DNA of 64,000 nt from a bacterium (GCA_043823125.1 JBDRBC010000187.1:5257-69256); one strand, 5' to 3'; shown: positions 27,351 through 36,192, numbered from the stretch's first letter. Notes: a model not told the origin generated them from the sequence alone. Made by a program: numbers and translations.

Positions 27351-29072
27351 GTGGTGGCGGATTGGCGGGTCTGGGAGGAAGAGATACGGACTTTCCCGTT
27401 CGGCGGCGAGAGCGCGGTGATCTGGGTGGTCCGGTGCGATGACCGTGCCGCCAATGGCCCGTTGCGTCTGGTGTTCAGCTACTCCTGGCAACCACAGCGC
27501 TCGCCGCGGAACGGTTCATGGCCGACGCCGCCGACCGTGCCGCCGCTTGGACGTCTGTTGCGGACCATCACCAGTGGCGAGTCACAGCAGCTCGTCTGGC
27601 CCTCGCGACCGCCGGCGGCTCGGGTGACGTCGCCACCCCGCCTCACCGACAGTAGTGTTTCCGGGCACTCCCAGGATAAACCTCAGGACAGAACCCAGGA
27701 CAGAACTCAGGACAGACCCGTGCCGCCGCACCACCTGAACTGCGGCATCCCCGAGTACCAGCTCTGGCTGGAACCGCTCCTGAACGAGCAGGGAAATCAA
27801 GACGATCAGGAGCGATCGGGCGCCCTCGCACTCTGGTACGACAATACTCCACCGTGGGGGGAGGCGGTGCGGCTCTGGGGCAACCGCTTCATCGCCCGTA
27901 TCGGGCCCCTGCTTTCCGAGTTGCCCGCCTGGCCGGGCAGGCTGGGCGCTGGTTACCCGACTCACGGTGGTCTCGGCCCGGAACAACCCGGACAGCTCTG
28001 TCTGTTCGATCCCGCTAAGTTGCCGACGGCGGAGCCCCCGGCTCGCCCACGAAACAACGTCCCTGCTGGTATCCCGTTACCACGACCGGTCTTCGTGCCC
28101 GGTGTCCCTGGCGCGGTGGGGATATCACGCGAATTGCTGACCTGCTGCGCCGCCATCGAGAAGGTGGCGACCAGCGGCGTCAACGTGTTGCTGTACGGTG
28201 AAAGCGGCACTGGCAAGGAAATCATCGCCCACGCCATTCATCAGAGCAGCGGCCGGAGGTCCGGGCCGTTCGTGGGGCAAAACTGTGCTGCGCTGCCAGA
28301 ATCGTTATTCGAGAGCGAGCTGTTCGGCCACCGCGCCGGCGCCTTCACCGGCGCCAGCGGCGACAAGAAGGGCCTGCTCGAGGCGGCCAGCGGCGGGACC
28401 TTTTTCCTGGACGAGATCGGTGACATGCCGCTGCCGTTGCAGATCAAGCTGCTGCGGGTGATGCAGGAACGACGAGTGCGCCGTATCGGTGAACTGGAGA
28501 GTCGGTCGGTGGATCTGCGATTCGTGGCGGCCACCCACAAGGACCTGGATCGGGAGATCACCACCGGTCGGTTCCGGCTCGATCTCTACTATCGGCTCAA
28601 GGTGATCCGGCTGGTGATTCCGCCGTTACGGCAACGACCCGAGGACATTGCCCATCTGCTGGCGTATTTCCTGCGCCGGCACGGGGGAGACCGGACCGGG
28701 CGACGTATCACCGAATCGGCGCTGGCGGCGCTGCAATCGTACCGCTGGCCGGGCAACGTCCGGGAACTGGAGAACGAGGTGAGCCGATTGCTGGCGCTGT
28801 ATCCAGACGAACGACTCATCCGTCTGAAGCACCTCTCCTGCGAGGTCCAGGCCGCCGCAGGCTGGTCGGTGGATCCGGGCGACCTCGGTACCTTACGCAG
28901 TCTCGACGAGGCCAATCAGTTGCTCGAGCGGTATCTGATCCGCAAGGCCATCGCGGCGGCAGGGGGACGCAAGGCGGCGGCGGCCCGCAAGCTCGGGCTC
29001 TCACGACAAGGGTTGTACAAGAAGATCCAGCGATACGGCATGGGCGACCTGATCGGTCAGGGGGGAAAGTGA
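27351..29072 (+). CDS. Sigma-54-dependent transcriptional activator (bEBP) with an atypical ~250-aa N-terminal region
   Basis: Central AAA+ sigma-54 interaction domain (LLYGESGTGKEIIAHAIH…GAFTGA…GGTFFLDEIGDMPLPLQIKLLRVMQER…RLDLYYRL) and C-terminal Fis-type HTH (AAARKLGLSRQGLYKKIQRYG). The N-terminal region has no receiver/GAF/PAS signature and contains a QDKPQDRTQDRTQDRP repeat. Confidence 0.75.
   Translation: MVADWRVWEEEIRTFPFGGESAVIWVVRCDDRAANGPLRLVFSYSWQPQRSPRNGSWPTPPTVPPLGRLLRTITSGESQQLVWPSRPPAARVTSPPRLTDSSVSGHSQDKPQDRTQDRTQDRPVPPHHLNCGIPEYQLWLEPLLNEQGNQDDQERSGALALWYDNTPPWGEAVRLWGNRFIARIGPLLSELPAWPGRLGAGYPTHGGLGPEQPGQLCLFDPAKLPTAEPPARPRNNVPAGIPLPRPVFVPGVPGAVGISRELLTCCAAIEKVATSGVNVLLYGESGTGKEIIAHAIHQSSGRRSGPFVGQNCAALPESLFESELFGHRAGAFTGASGDKKGLLEAASGGTFFLDEIGDMPLPLQIKLLRVMQERRVRRIGELESRSVDLRFVAATHKDLDREITTGRFRLDLYYRLKVIRLVIPPLRQRPEDIAHLLAYFLRRHGGDRTGRRITESALAALQSYRWPGNVRELENEVSRLLALYPDERLIRLKHLSCEVQAAAGWSVDPGDLGTLRSLDEANQLLERYLIRKAIAAAGGRKAAAARKLGLSRQGLYKKIQRYGMGDLIGQGGK
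27672..27719 (+). repeat. In-frame 12-bp tandem repeat x4 (caggaYaRaMcY) inside the sigma-54 activator gene
   Basis: caggataaacct caggacagaacc caggacagaact caggacagaccc, encoding QDKP-QDRT-QDRT-QDRP. Confidence 0.6.
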
Positions 29073-29139
29073 GCGGGGGTAGGCAAAATTAAACATCCAG
29101 GTTGGCCAGCAGCGAATGGAGTTGGTCCAGGGGTGGCGA

Positions 29140-29439
29140 TCAGTCGTCCTTTTCTACCTTTGCCTGCCCGCCAGCCGCCGAGGACATCTGGAAACGTGCA
29201 AGGAGTTCCGCGATCCGCTCCCGGGCCTGGACCACCCGCACCCCGACGGGAAAATCCAGGATCTCCTCGGCGAGGAAGGTGACCGCCTCGCGCCGTCTGC
29301 CGGCCCAGACCACCAAGGAATAGAGACCAAGTGGTTTTCGCGGTGTACCGCCCACCCATTTCTGGCAGGTGATGTCCAGGTTGACGCCGGTTGCCTGTTC
29401 CTTGATGCACTGCTCGATCCCGGCGGCGCCGTTGACCAT
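29140..29439 (-). CDS. Candidate small hypothetical protein (~99 aa), convergent with the sigma-54 activator gene
   Basis: High-GC3 codon usage from ATG (29439) to TGA (29140): MVNGAAGIEQCIKEQATGVNLDITCQKWVGGTPRKPL…AELLARFQ…. The upstream part of the track ORF (to 29595) has poor codon usage. No family recognised. Confidence 0.3.
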   Translation of the reverse strand: MVNGAAGIEQCIKEQATGVNLDITCQKWVGGTPRKPLGLYSLVVWAGRRREAVTFLAEEILDFPVGVRVVQARERIAELLARFQMSSAAGGQAKVEKDD

Positions 29440-29701
29440 GTCGTCCTGAACCGTGTGGATCCGTTTCCGCTCCTGCTGGTTGTCGTTCACGCCATCCCTT
29501 ATCGGTTGCTGTTCGTGGTTCGATCCGGGCCAGTCGTCTTTTGGGGGCAAGAATATTAATCGCCGGACCACCGAATTCGCGCCGACGAGTGGCACCGAAG
29601 CTGGATAGTCCAGGTAGTGAACGAGTTGCTGTTGATAACAATGAACATGCCCGGGTTTGGTTGCAGGTTATATGTCGATTGCCTCATTTTTCTGAGGCTG
29701 G

Positions 29702-31435
29702 TTGGTTTGGTTCGCCGGTTTCACCTGTCAGAAGGGCGAGAACCTCTCGACAGGCGCTTTTTCCGGCGTTATGGTGCTCTGCATGTCGAATCAGAAAACC
29801 ATGACCGAACCGTTTGATCGTCCCTGGTGGATGGCGCCCCCGGCCGAGAGCTGGGCTATTCTGGCCGGGATCATGATGACCACCGCCATGCCGCCCTTCA
29901 ACAGCACCGGCTGGCTCGCTCCGCTGGCCCTGGCCATCTTGTTCCACGCCTTGCTTGATGCTCCTCGGCCCGCCCGGGCAGCCTGGCTGTTCGGGTTGGC
30001 GCACCAGACCACGTTGCTGTACTGGATGTTCTTGCTGGTGCCGGCATCGTCCATTCCCTACCGCTGGCTGGTGCCGGTCCAGGCCTCGGCCACCATCCTG
30101 TACGTCTCCCTGTTCTACGTGGTATTCGGATGGGCCTTTCGCCTCTTACGGCAAGGACGGGGACGGACCGTCGCCCTGTTGCTCGTCCCGTTGCTCTGGA
30201 TCGCCATGGAGGCCTGGCGGGGGATGGGTGAACTCGGCTTCCCGTGGTGCCTCTCCGGCGCCGCCTGGATCCGCACGCCACTGCTGCCACTGGCTGCCAC
30301 CAGCGGCGAGATCGGGCTTGGCGCGGCGACGGCTTTCACCGGGGCAGCCCTGGTCGTGGCAGTGGACCGGTATCGGGGATGGCGTGAAAGAACCGTCGGC
30401 AACCACTCCTGGCGACTGGTCTTGATCGGCGCCACCGCGCTGCTCTGGATCGGGCTCGTGGCGGGTGCCTCCTGGCGTGCGGCGCCCAAACTGCCTGAAT
30501 CGAGTCCTGCCGCCGCGCTGGACAGCGTGCCGCCACTGGTACCGCGGCAGACGCCGGTACGTATCGCCGCCGTCCAGGCGGATGTCTCCCTGGATTACAA
30601 GTGGCGCCAGGGAAGCATCGATTCCACCCGGATCCCTTACGGTCATCTGACACGAGCGGCCGCTCAGCGGGGCGCCGAATTCGTGGTCTGGGCCGAGACG
30701 GCGGTGCCGGCCTACCTGATGGTCAACCAACCGGGTTTGCTAGAATGGCTGAGTCAGCTGGTCATCGACGAAAAGATTTTTCTGTACACGGGATTCCCCG
30801 ACGCCCGGATGGGACTGGCCGGGGTCCAGCTTCGCTACAACTCCTCCGGTCTTTTCGGCCCCCCGTACGGCTTTCGACTGGACGGGTACGACAAGCACCA
30901 TCTGCTGCCCATCGGCGAGAGCATGCCGTTTGCGCGGTACGTGAAATTCCTGGCCGCCATCGACGTGGGCCAGGCGGAGTGGTGTCCCGGCAGCCGTCCG
31001 GGTCCGATCTCGGTGCCAGCCGACGAGGGCGTTTTCAGTTTCGCGGGGCTCATCTGTTTCGAGTCCATCTTCAGTGATCTGGCGCGGCAGGCGGTGCGGA
31101 ACGGCGCCCAGTTCCTGGTCAACATCACCAACGACGGCTGGTTCGGGCAGTCGGCCGGTCCGCGCCAACACGCCGACCTGTCACGATTCCGGGCCGCCGA
31201 GTGCGGGGTGCCGGTGGTGCGGTGCGCCAACAACGGGATCAGCTTCATCACCGATGCCAAGGGACATATTCTGGATCGAGCAGATCTCGGCGTGCGTGCG
31301 GTGGTGCGCGCTGACGTGAAACCCGGTGGCGGCGGCACGCTGTTCATCCAGCGAGGCGCCTGGCCGCTCGGCATATTCCTCGGTCTGTGGCTGGTGACCA
31401 GCCTGTTGCTCGGGCGCAGGGAGAGGCCGGAATGA
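29702..31435 (+). CDS. lnt: Apolipoprotein N-acyltransferase
   Basis: N-terminal multi-TM region plus C-terminal CN-hydrolase domain (IAAVQADVSLDYKW…ETAVPAYL…ICFESIF…VNITNDGWFG…). Start uncertain (TTG 29702, ATG 29771, 29783 or 29801). Confidence 0.8.
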   Translation: MVWFAGFTCQKGENLSTGAFSGVMVLCMSNQKTMTEPFDRPWWMAPPAESWAILAGIMMTTAMPPFNSTGWLAPLALAILFHALLDAPRPARAAWLFGLAHQTTLLYWMFLLVPASSIPYRWLVPVQASATILYVSLFYVVFGWAFRLLRQGRGRTVALLLVPLLWIAMEAWRGMGELGFPWCLSGAAWIRTPLLPLAATSGEIGLGAATAFTGAALVVAVDRYRGWRERTVGNHSWRLVLIGATALLWIGLVAGASWRAAPKLPESSPAAALDSVPPLVPRQTPVRIAAVQADVSLDYKWRQGSIDSTRIPYGHLTRAAAQRGAEFVVWAETAVPAYLMVNQPGLLEWLSQLVIDEKIFLYTGFPDARMGLAGVQLRYNSSGLFGPPYGFRLDGYDKHHLLPIGESMPFARYVKFLAAIDVGQAEWCPGSRPGPISVPADEGVFSFAGLICFESIFSDLARQAVRNGAQFLVNITNDGWFGQSAGPRQHADLSRFRAAECGVPVVRCANNGISFITDAKGHILDRADLGVRAVVRADVKPGGGGTLFIQRGAWPLGIFLGLWLVTSLLLGRRERPE

Positions 31436-31953
31436 AATCATTCCGGGGCCCTTTCCCTTACTGCCCATTCTGTCGCACGGTCATGGGACCACAAGAAGAA
31501 TACGGCCGAGAGCGGCCCACCTGTTCCGAATGCGGGTACATCCAGTACTTGAATCCGGCGCCGGCCGCAGCAGTGATCATCCGACGTGGGGAAAAGATCT
31601 GTCTGGTCCAGCGGAAGTATCCGCCGAGACAGGGCATGTGGACCTTGCCGGCCGGTTTCATGGAGTACGATGAGACCATCCAGCAGACAGCCATCCGCGA
31701 GGCCGCCGAGGAGACGAACCTCACGGTAGCCATCACCGAACTCTTCGCCGTTTACACCGGCCGGTTGCCGCCCGATCTGCCCGTCGTGCTCACGGTCTTT
31801 CGGGCCGAGGAACAAACCGGAGATCTACACGCCGGTGATGATGCGGCAGCGGCTGGATTCTTCGACCTGGACCATTTGCCGGGGGAGATCGCCTTCGGGT
31901 CACATCGCAAAGTTCTCGCGGCACTACGTGAGGAAGCAGCCGATCGGGAATAG
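31432..31953 (+). CDS. NUDIX hydrolase with an N-terminal zinc-ribbon
   Basis: CPFC…CSECG zinc ribbon. Nudix box GMWTLPAGFMEYDETIQQTAIREAAEETNL. ATG overlaps the lnt stop (ATGA). Confidence 0.75.
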   Translation: MKSFRGPFPYCPFCRTVMGPQEEYGRERPTCSECGYIQYLNPAPAAAVIIRRGEKICLVQRKYPPRQGMWTLPAGFMEYDETIQQTAIREAAEETNLTVAITELFAVYTGRLPPDLPVVLTVFRAEEQTGDLHAGDDAAAAGFFDLDHLPGEIAFGSHRKVLAALREEAADRE

Positions 31954-31981
31954 GACAGTTCCGGTGGGAGGTCGGAAAACC

Positions 31982-32578
31982 ATGCATCTCGAAGTAATCC
32001 CCGTGGCGGTCCTGCTCTCCGGCAGCGGCCGAACCCTGGAGAATTTCCTCCAGCGGATCGAGGCAGGCAGTCTCCCGATCCGGGTGGTGGCGGTGGTTTC
32101 CAGCAAACCAGGAGTGCGTGGACTCGCCATTGCCGAGGCTGCCGGTATCCCCAACCAGATCTTTCGCCGCAAGGACCACCCCGACAAGGACACCCACAAC
32201 GCCGCCATCAATGCGTGGCTGATGCCGTTTCAACCACGCATGATTCTTCTGGCCGGCTACCTTTGCTACTACATCCGGCCTGACCAATTCGGCGGCCCCA
32301 TCCTCAACATCCACCCAGCCCTGCTACCCAAATACGGCGGCAGAGGTTATTACGGCGACAAGGTTCACGCCGCGGTCCTCGCGGCAGGAGACCAGGAAAG
32401 CGGCTGCACCGTCCACCACGTTGACGACATCTACGACCACGGCAACATCATCGCCCAGCGTAAGGTCCCCGTCCTCCCCGGCGACGACGTCCACACCCTC
32501 GCCGACCGGGTCTTCGCCGCCGAGTGCGAACTCTACCCAGAAGTGATAACCAACCTGGCCCGCTCCCTCACTGACTGA
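31982..32578 (+). CDS. purN: Phosphoribosylglycinamide formyltransferase
   Basis: MHLEVIPVAVLLSGSGRTL…ILLAGYLCYY…NIHPALLPKYGGRGYYG…H… PurN motifs. GGGAGG SD. Confidence 0.85.
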   Translation: MHLEVIPVAVLLSGSGRTLENFLQRIEAGSLPIRVVAVVSSKPGVRGLAIAEAAGIPNQIFRRKDHPDKDTHNAAINAWLMPFQPRMILLAGYLCYYIRPDQFGGPILNIHPALLPKYGGRGYYGDKVHAAVLAAGDQESGCTVHHVDDIYDHGNIIAQRKVPVLPGDDVHTLADRVFAAECELYPEVITNLARSLTD

Positions 32579-32603
32579 TCCCTCAAACGGGTAGAAGTGC
32601 CGC

Positions 32604-32699
32604 GAGCGACAACAATCACCCCTGCATACCCCCATCCACTCTCTTAGGCTCCGCGATGCGTTCGCGGATGGGGGAATGCAGGGGCGTTTGTTGTCGCTC
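32604..32699. repeat. Long palindromic element, copy 1: ~32-bp near-perfect inverted-repeat arms (3 mismatches) around a conserved 32-nt core (32636-32667, ccactctcttaggctccgcgatgcgttcgcgg), sitting between convergent purN and nfnB
   Basis: gagcgacaacaatcacccctgcatacccccat…cc-actctcttaggct-ccgcgatgcgttcgcgg-…atgggggaatgcaggggcgtttgttgtcgctc. The core contains an inner hairpin CCGCGA-tgcgt-TCGCGG. The same core (31/32 identical) recurs at 36137-36168 within completely different arms. Confidence 0.6.
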
Positions 32700-32709
32700 T
32701 GGCTACCGT

Positions 32710-34191
32710 CTACTTCTGCGGGGATTCCGGTGAGGAAACCATTTCAGGCTGGGTATGCCCGGTAGTGAGAAAGTGGTGCATGGAAGTAGCGGCGACCCGC
32801 CCAGCGCCCATGGCGAGGATAACGGTAGCGCCACCGGTGACGATATCGCCACCAGCCCAGACGTTATCCAGACAGGTATGCATGGTGTTTTCTTCACGTA
32901 CCAGAATGGTGCCACGCCGGGCGTCGCAGTCGAGTTCGGGGCAGTCGGCTGTGAGCAACGGGTTGGGCCCCTGACCGATGGCCACCACGACAGCATCCAC
33001 GTCAAACACCTTGAACCTGCCCTCGATGGGGACCGGCCGGCGGCGACCGCTGGCGTCCGGTTCACCCAGTTCCATTTCTTGGCACTTGATGCCGACAACG
33101 GCGCCGTTTTCGCCCAGGATCTCGATGGGAGAGTGGAGGAGGTTGAAGTCGATGTACTCCTCTTCGGCGTGATGAATTTCCTCGCTCCGGGCCGGCATCT
33201 CCGCATGGGTGCGCCGGTAGATGAGGTGGACCTTTTCGGGCTGCAGACGCTTGGCCGTGCGAGCCGAGTCCATGGCCACGTTGCCGCCACCGATGACGGC
33301 GATCCGCTTCATGTTCTTGACCGGCGTGTCGGCCCCACCGGGAAACTTGTAGCCGCCCATCAAGTTGACCCGGGTCAGGAATTCGTTGGCGCTGTACACA
33401 CCGTTGAGATTCTCGCCCGGGATGCCGAGGAACCACGGCAGACCGGCGCCGGTGCCGATGAACACGGCATCGAACCGCTCGCGGATGGAATTGAGCGATT
33501 CGGCTTTGCCCACCGGATAGTTCATGACGAACTCGACGCCGAGCTGCTTCAATCCGTCGATCTCCTCCACGAGGATCTTCTTGGGCAGCCTGAATTCCGG
33601 GATGCCGTAGAACAACACGCCGCCCGGCCGGTGCAACGCCTCGAATACGGTCACCGCGTGGCCGCGCTGAGCCAGATCGCTGGCGCAGGTCAAGCCGGCG
33701 GGACCGGAGCCGATGACGGCGACCTTCTTGCCGGTGGGCGGATCGCACCTTGGCAGCACGGTCACATCGTTTTCCATGGCCCAGTCGCCGATGAAGCGTT
33801 CGACCCGACCGATGGCGCCAGGCTCACGCCCCTTGTCCGGCTTGTTGAGCGTGCAGACCAGTTCGCACTGGTCCTCCTGCGGACAGACCCGGCCGCAGAT
33901 GGCGGGCAAGAAGTTCTTCTCCTTGACCTTGCGCAGTGCGCCCTCGAAATCGCCGTCACCCACCAGTTGCATGAAGGCCGGGATGTCGATGCCCACCGGG
34001 CAGCCGGCGCTGCACGGCTCCTTCTTGCACTGGATGCAGCGCCTGGCCTCGCCCTGTGCCTCTTCCCCGGAATAGCCGAGCGGGACCTCGTTGAAGTTGT
34101 CCACGCGATCCTCGGGTTTCTGCTCGCGCATCTTGGTCTTGGTCTTGGACTTGTTGATGTTGCGCTTTGGCTTCTTGGCTGCGTCGGACAT
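32710..34191 (-). CDS. nfnB: NADH-dependent reduced ferredoxin:NADP+ oxidoreductase subunit B (glutamate synthase small-chain-like; SudA/NfnB family)
   Basis: ATG at 34191 (AGGAGA SD) gives MSDAAKKPKRNINKSKTKTKMREQKPEDRVDNFNEVPLGY…RCIQCKKEPCSAGCPV…ICGRVCPQ…VAVIGSGPAGL…IGGGNVAMD, i.e. two Fe-S Cys motifs plus FAD/NAD(P) Rossmann folds. The 5' 294 nt of the track ORF (to 34485) overlaps nfnA in another frame and is not coding. Confidence 0.8.
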   Translation of the reverse strand: MSDAAKKPKRNINKSKTKTKMREQKPEDRVDNFNEVPLGYSGEEAQGEARRCIQCKKEPCSAGCPVGIDIPAFMQLVGDGDFEGALRKVKEKNFLPAICGRVCPQEDQCELVCTLNKPDKGREPGAIGRVERFIGDWAMENDVTVLPRCDPPTGKKVAVIGSGPAGLTCASDLAQRGHAVTVFEALHRPGGVLFYGIPEFRLPKKILVEEIDGLKQLGVEFVMNYPVGKAESLNSIRERFDAVFIGTGAGLPWFLGIPGENLNGVYSANEFLTRVNLMGGYKFPGGADTPVKNMKRIAVIGGGNVAMDSARTAKRLQPEKVHLIYRRTHAEMPARSEEIHHAEEEYIDFNLLHSPIEILGENGAVVGIKCQEMELGEPDASGRRRPVPIEGRFKVFDVDAVVVAIGQGPNPLLTADCPELDCDARRGTILVREENTMHTCLDNVWAGGDIVTGGATVILAMGAGRVAATSMHHFLTTGHTQPEMVSSPESPQK

Positions 34192-34208
34192 GCCGTTCTC
34201 CTGGGCGA

Positions 34209-35075
34209 TCACTCGCCGGAATCGAGTTTGGCCGCGGCCGCATCGAGCTTGCACCGGTGTGAATGCTCGAACGACTTTTTCTCTTCTGGCTGATAAAAAG
34301 AGAGCCGATTGATCAGTTCGTCGAAGTCCACCAGGTGGCCGTCGAACTCGGGTCCCTCCACACAGGCGAAACGGGTCTTGCCGCCCACCGAGACTCGGCA
34401 GGCGCCACACATGCCGGTACCGTCGATCATGATCGGATTGAGCGACGCCTGGGTCGGGATACCGTAGGGACGGGTGGTCTCGCACACGAACTTCATCATG
34501 ATCACCGGACCGATACAGATCACCTCGTCTATCTGTTCACCGCCGTCGATCAGCTCTTTCAAGGCGTGGGTAACCAGACCCTCGCGGCCGTGAGAGCCGT
34601 CGTCGGTGGTGACGATGGTCTGGTCGCATAGCGCGCTGATCTCGTCTTCGAGAATGAGCAACTCCTTGGTACGGGCGCCGATGATGGCGATGACCTTGTT
34701 GCCGGCTTCCTGCAAGGCCTGAACCTCGGGCCAGACCACGGCGTTTCCGATGCCGCCACCGACACAGACCACCGTCTTCCCGGTGGGGATCTCGGTGGGT
34801 TTGCCCAGGGGTCCGGCCAGATCCGTGATCTCGTCGCCCACGGCCAGCTTGGCCAGGTCGGCAGTGGTCTTGCCCACTTCCTGGACCACCAGGGTGATGG
34901 TGCCGGTCTCGACATTCCGATTGGCGATGGTCAACGGGATCCGCTCACCCCACTCACTGACGCGCAGGATGATGAACTGCCCGGCCAGTCCCCGCTCGGC
35001 GATATGCGGCGCCTCGATCTCGTAGAGCACGGTCTGCGGCGCCAGTTCCTTTTTCACGACGATCTTGTTGCCCAC
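34209..35075 (-). CDS. nfnA: NADH-dependent reduced ferredoxin:NADP+ oxidoreductase subunit A (ferredoxin-NADP reductase-like; SudB/NfnA family)
   Basis: GTG (35075) 8 nt after AAGGAG gives (M)GNKIVVKKELAPQTVLYEIEAP…RIPLTIAN…VVCVGGGIGNA…GMCGACRV…FACVEGPEFDGHLVDFDEL (FNR-like with 2Fe-2S Cys motif). The upstream part of the track ORF (to 35339) is R/P-rich and lacks an RBS. Overlaps nfnB by 21 nt. Confidence 0.75.
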   Translation of the reverse strand: MGNKIVVKKELAPQTVLYEIEAPHIAERGLAGQFIILRVSEWGERIPLTIANRNVETGTITLVVQEVGKTTADLAKLAVGDEITDLAGPLGKPTEIPTGKTVVCVGGGIGNAVVWPEVQALQEAGNKVIAIIGARTKELLILEDEISALCDQTIVTTDDGSHGREGLVTHALKELIDGGEQIDEVICIGPVIMMKFVCETTRPYGIPTQASLNPIMIDGTGMCGACRVSVGGKTRFACVEGPEFDGHLVDFDELINRLSFYQPEEKKSFEHSHRCKLDAAAAKLDSGE

Positions 35076-35544
35076 GACGGTGGCTCCTTGTGCTAAGGCG
35101 CTGGCTTGGACGTGGGAATGGGGGGAGTGATCCCACGTGTTGTTACTCGGCGCAAAGGTAAAAAACAAGGCGGGTAAAAACAAAAAAATTAAAGGGCCAA
35201 ACGCCTGCCGGATCGATCGGGACGTCCGGGGGGGACGGCCGTCGTCCGATCTACAGCGCCGCAGCGCCGCCGGTCTCAGGGTTGGCCCTTTTCGAGGCAA
35301 AATGCAATGTCTGCTCGGTCTTGAAGGTAAAGTCAGCAATATGTATGCCTTGGCCGATCAATCTCGGGATTCCGCTGCGAGAAAGCATTCGTCGGTCTCC
35401 AACGGGGCGAGATCGTTCGTGGAGCTGTGAGGAACCGTTCGTTGTCGCCAGTGACCGTCTTGACCAACTCGAGATTCCCCCCTATGGTGTTGGCGAATTG
35501 CAAGCTTGTCGGACAGCAACCATCAACCGTGATCTGGGGCTGAA

Positions 35545-36099
35545 ATGGAGAAATTGATCCACGGGATTTTGCAGACCATCGGCGAGGATCCCGCACGGGA
35601 AGGTCTGATCAAGACCCCCGAGCGGGTAGCTCGAGCTTACGAGTTCCTCACTTCCGGGTACCGGGTCGATGTGGATACTCTCGTGCAGGGCGCCCTGTTC
35701 CAGGCCGAGGGCAGGGAGATGGTGCTCGTCAACGATATCGACTTCTACAGCCTGTGTGAACATCACATGTTGCCGTTCTTCGGCAAGGCGCATGTGGCCT
35801 ACATCCCCAATGATAAGATCGTCGGACTCTCCAAGATCGCCCGGGTGGTGGAAGCGTTCGCCCGGCGGTTGCAGGTCCAGGAGCGGATGACGGTTCAGAT
35901 CGCCGACTGCCTGCAACGGAATCTCGATGCGGCCGGTGTGGCGGTGGTGCTCCACGCTCAGCATCTCTGCATGATGATGCGGGGGATCCAGAAGCAGAAC
36001 AGCTTCGCGGTTACCAGCGAGATGGTGGGAGTGTTTCGGGAGAATGCCAAGACTCGGGGGGAGTTTTTGACCCTCATTCAAGAGAAGGCCTGGAACTGA
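35545..36099 (+). CDS. folE: GTP cyclohydrolase I
   Basis: …[23 protein letters not shown]…[14 protein letters not shown]… canonical FolE. Confidence 0.9.
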   Translation: MEKLIHGILQTIGEDPAREGLIKTPERVARAYEFLTSGYRVDVDTLVQGALFQAEGREMVLVNDIDFYSLCEHHMLPFFGKAHVAYIPNDKIVGLSKIARVVEAFARRLQVQERMTVQIADCLQRNLDAAGVAVVLHAQHLCMMMRGIQKQNSFAVTSEMVGVFRENAKTRGEFLTLIQEKAWN

Positions 36100-36112
36100 G
36101 AGTACTTGGGCC

Positions 36113-36192
36113 GTGCGCCTGTGGTGACACACCTGTCCACTCACTTAGGCTCCGCGATGCGTTCGCGGACAGGTGTGTCACCACAGGCGCAC
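36113..36192. repeat. Long palindromic element, copy 2: perfect 24-bp inverted-repeat arms around the same conserved 32-nt core (36137-36168, ccactcacttaggctccgcgatgcgttcgcgg), sitting between convergent folE and trxB
   Basis: gtgcgcctgtggtgacacacctgtcc-actcacttaggct-ccgcgatgcgttcgcgg-acaggtgtgtcaccacaggcgcac. The arms are unrelated to copy 1; the core differs at 1 of 32 positions. Confidence 0.6.

Noticed and set aside
32604-36192. Integron attC sites or MITE/IS as an explanation for the two long palindromes
   Set aside because: attC sites and MITEs conserve the ends (R/L boxes, TIRs) and vary the centre. Here the ends are unrelated and the centre is conserved. There is no GTTRRRY at the boundaries, and no integrase or transposase nearby.
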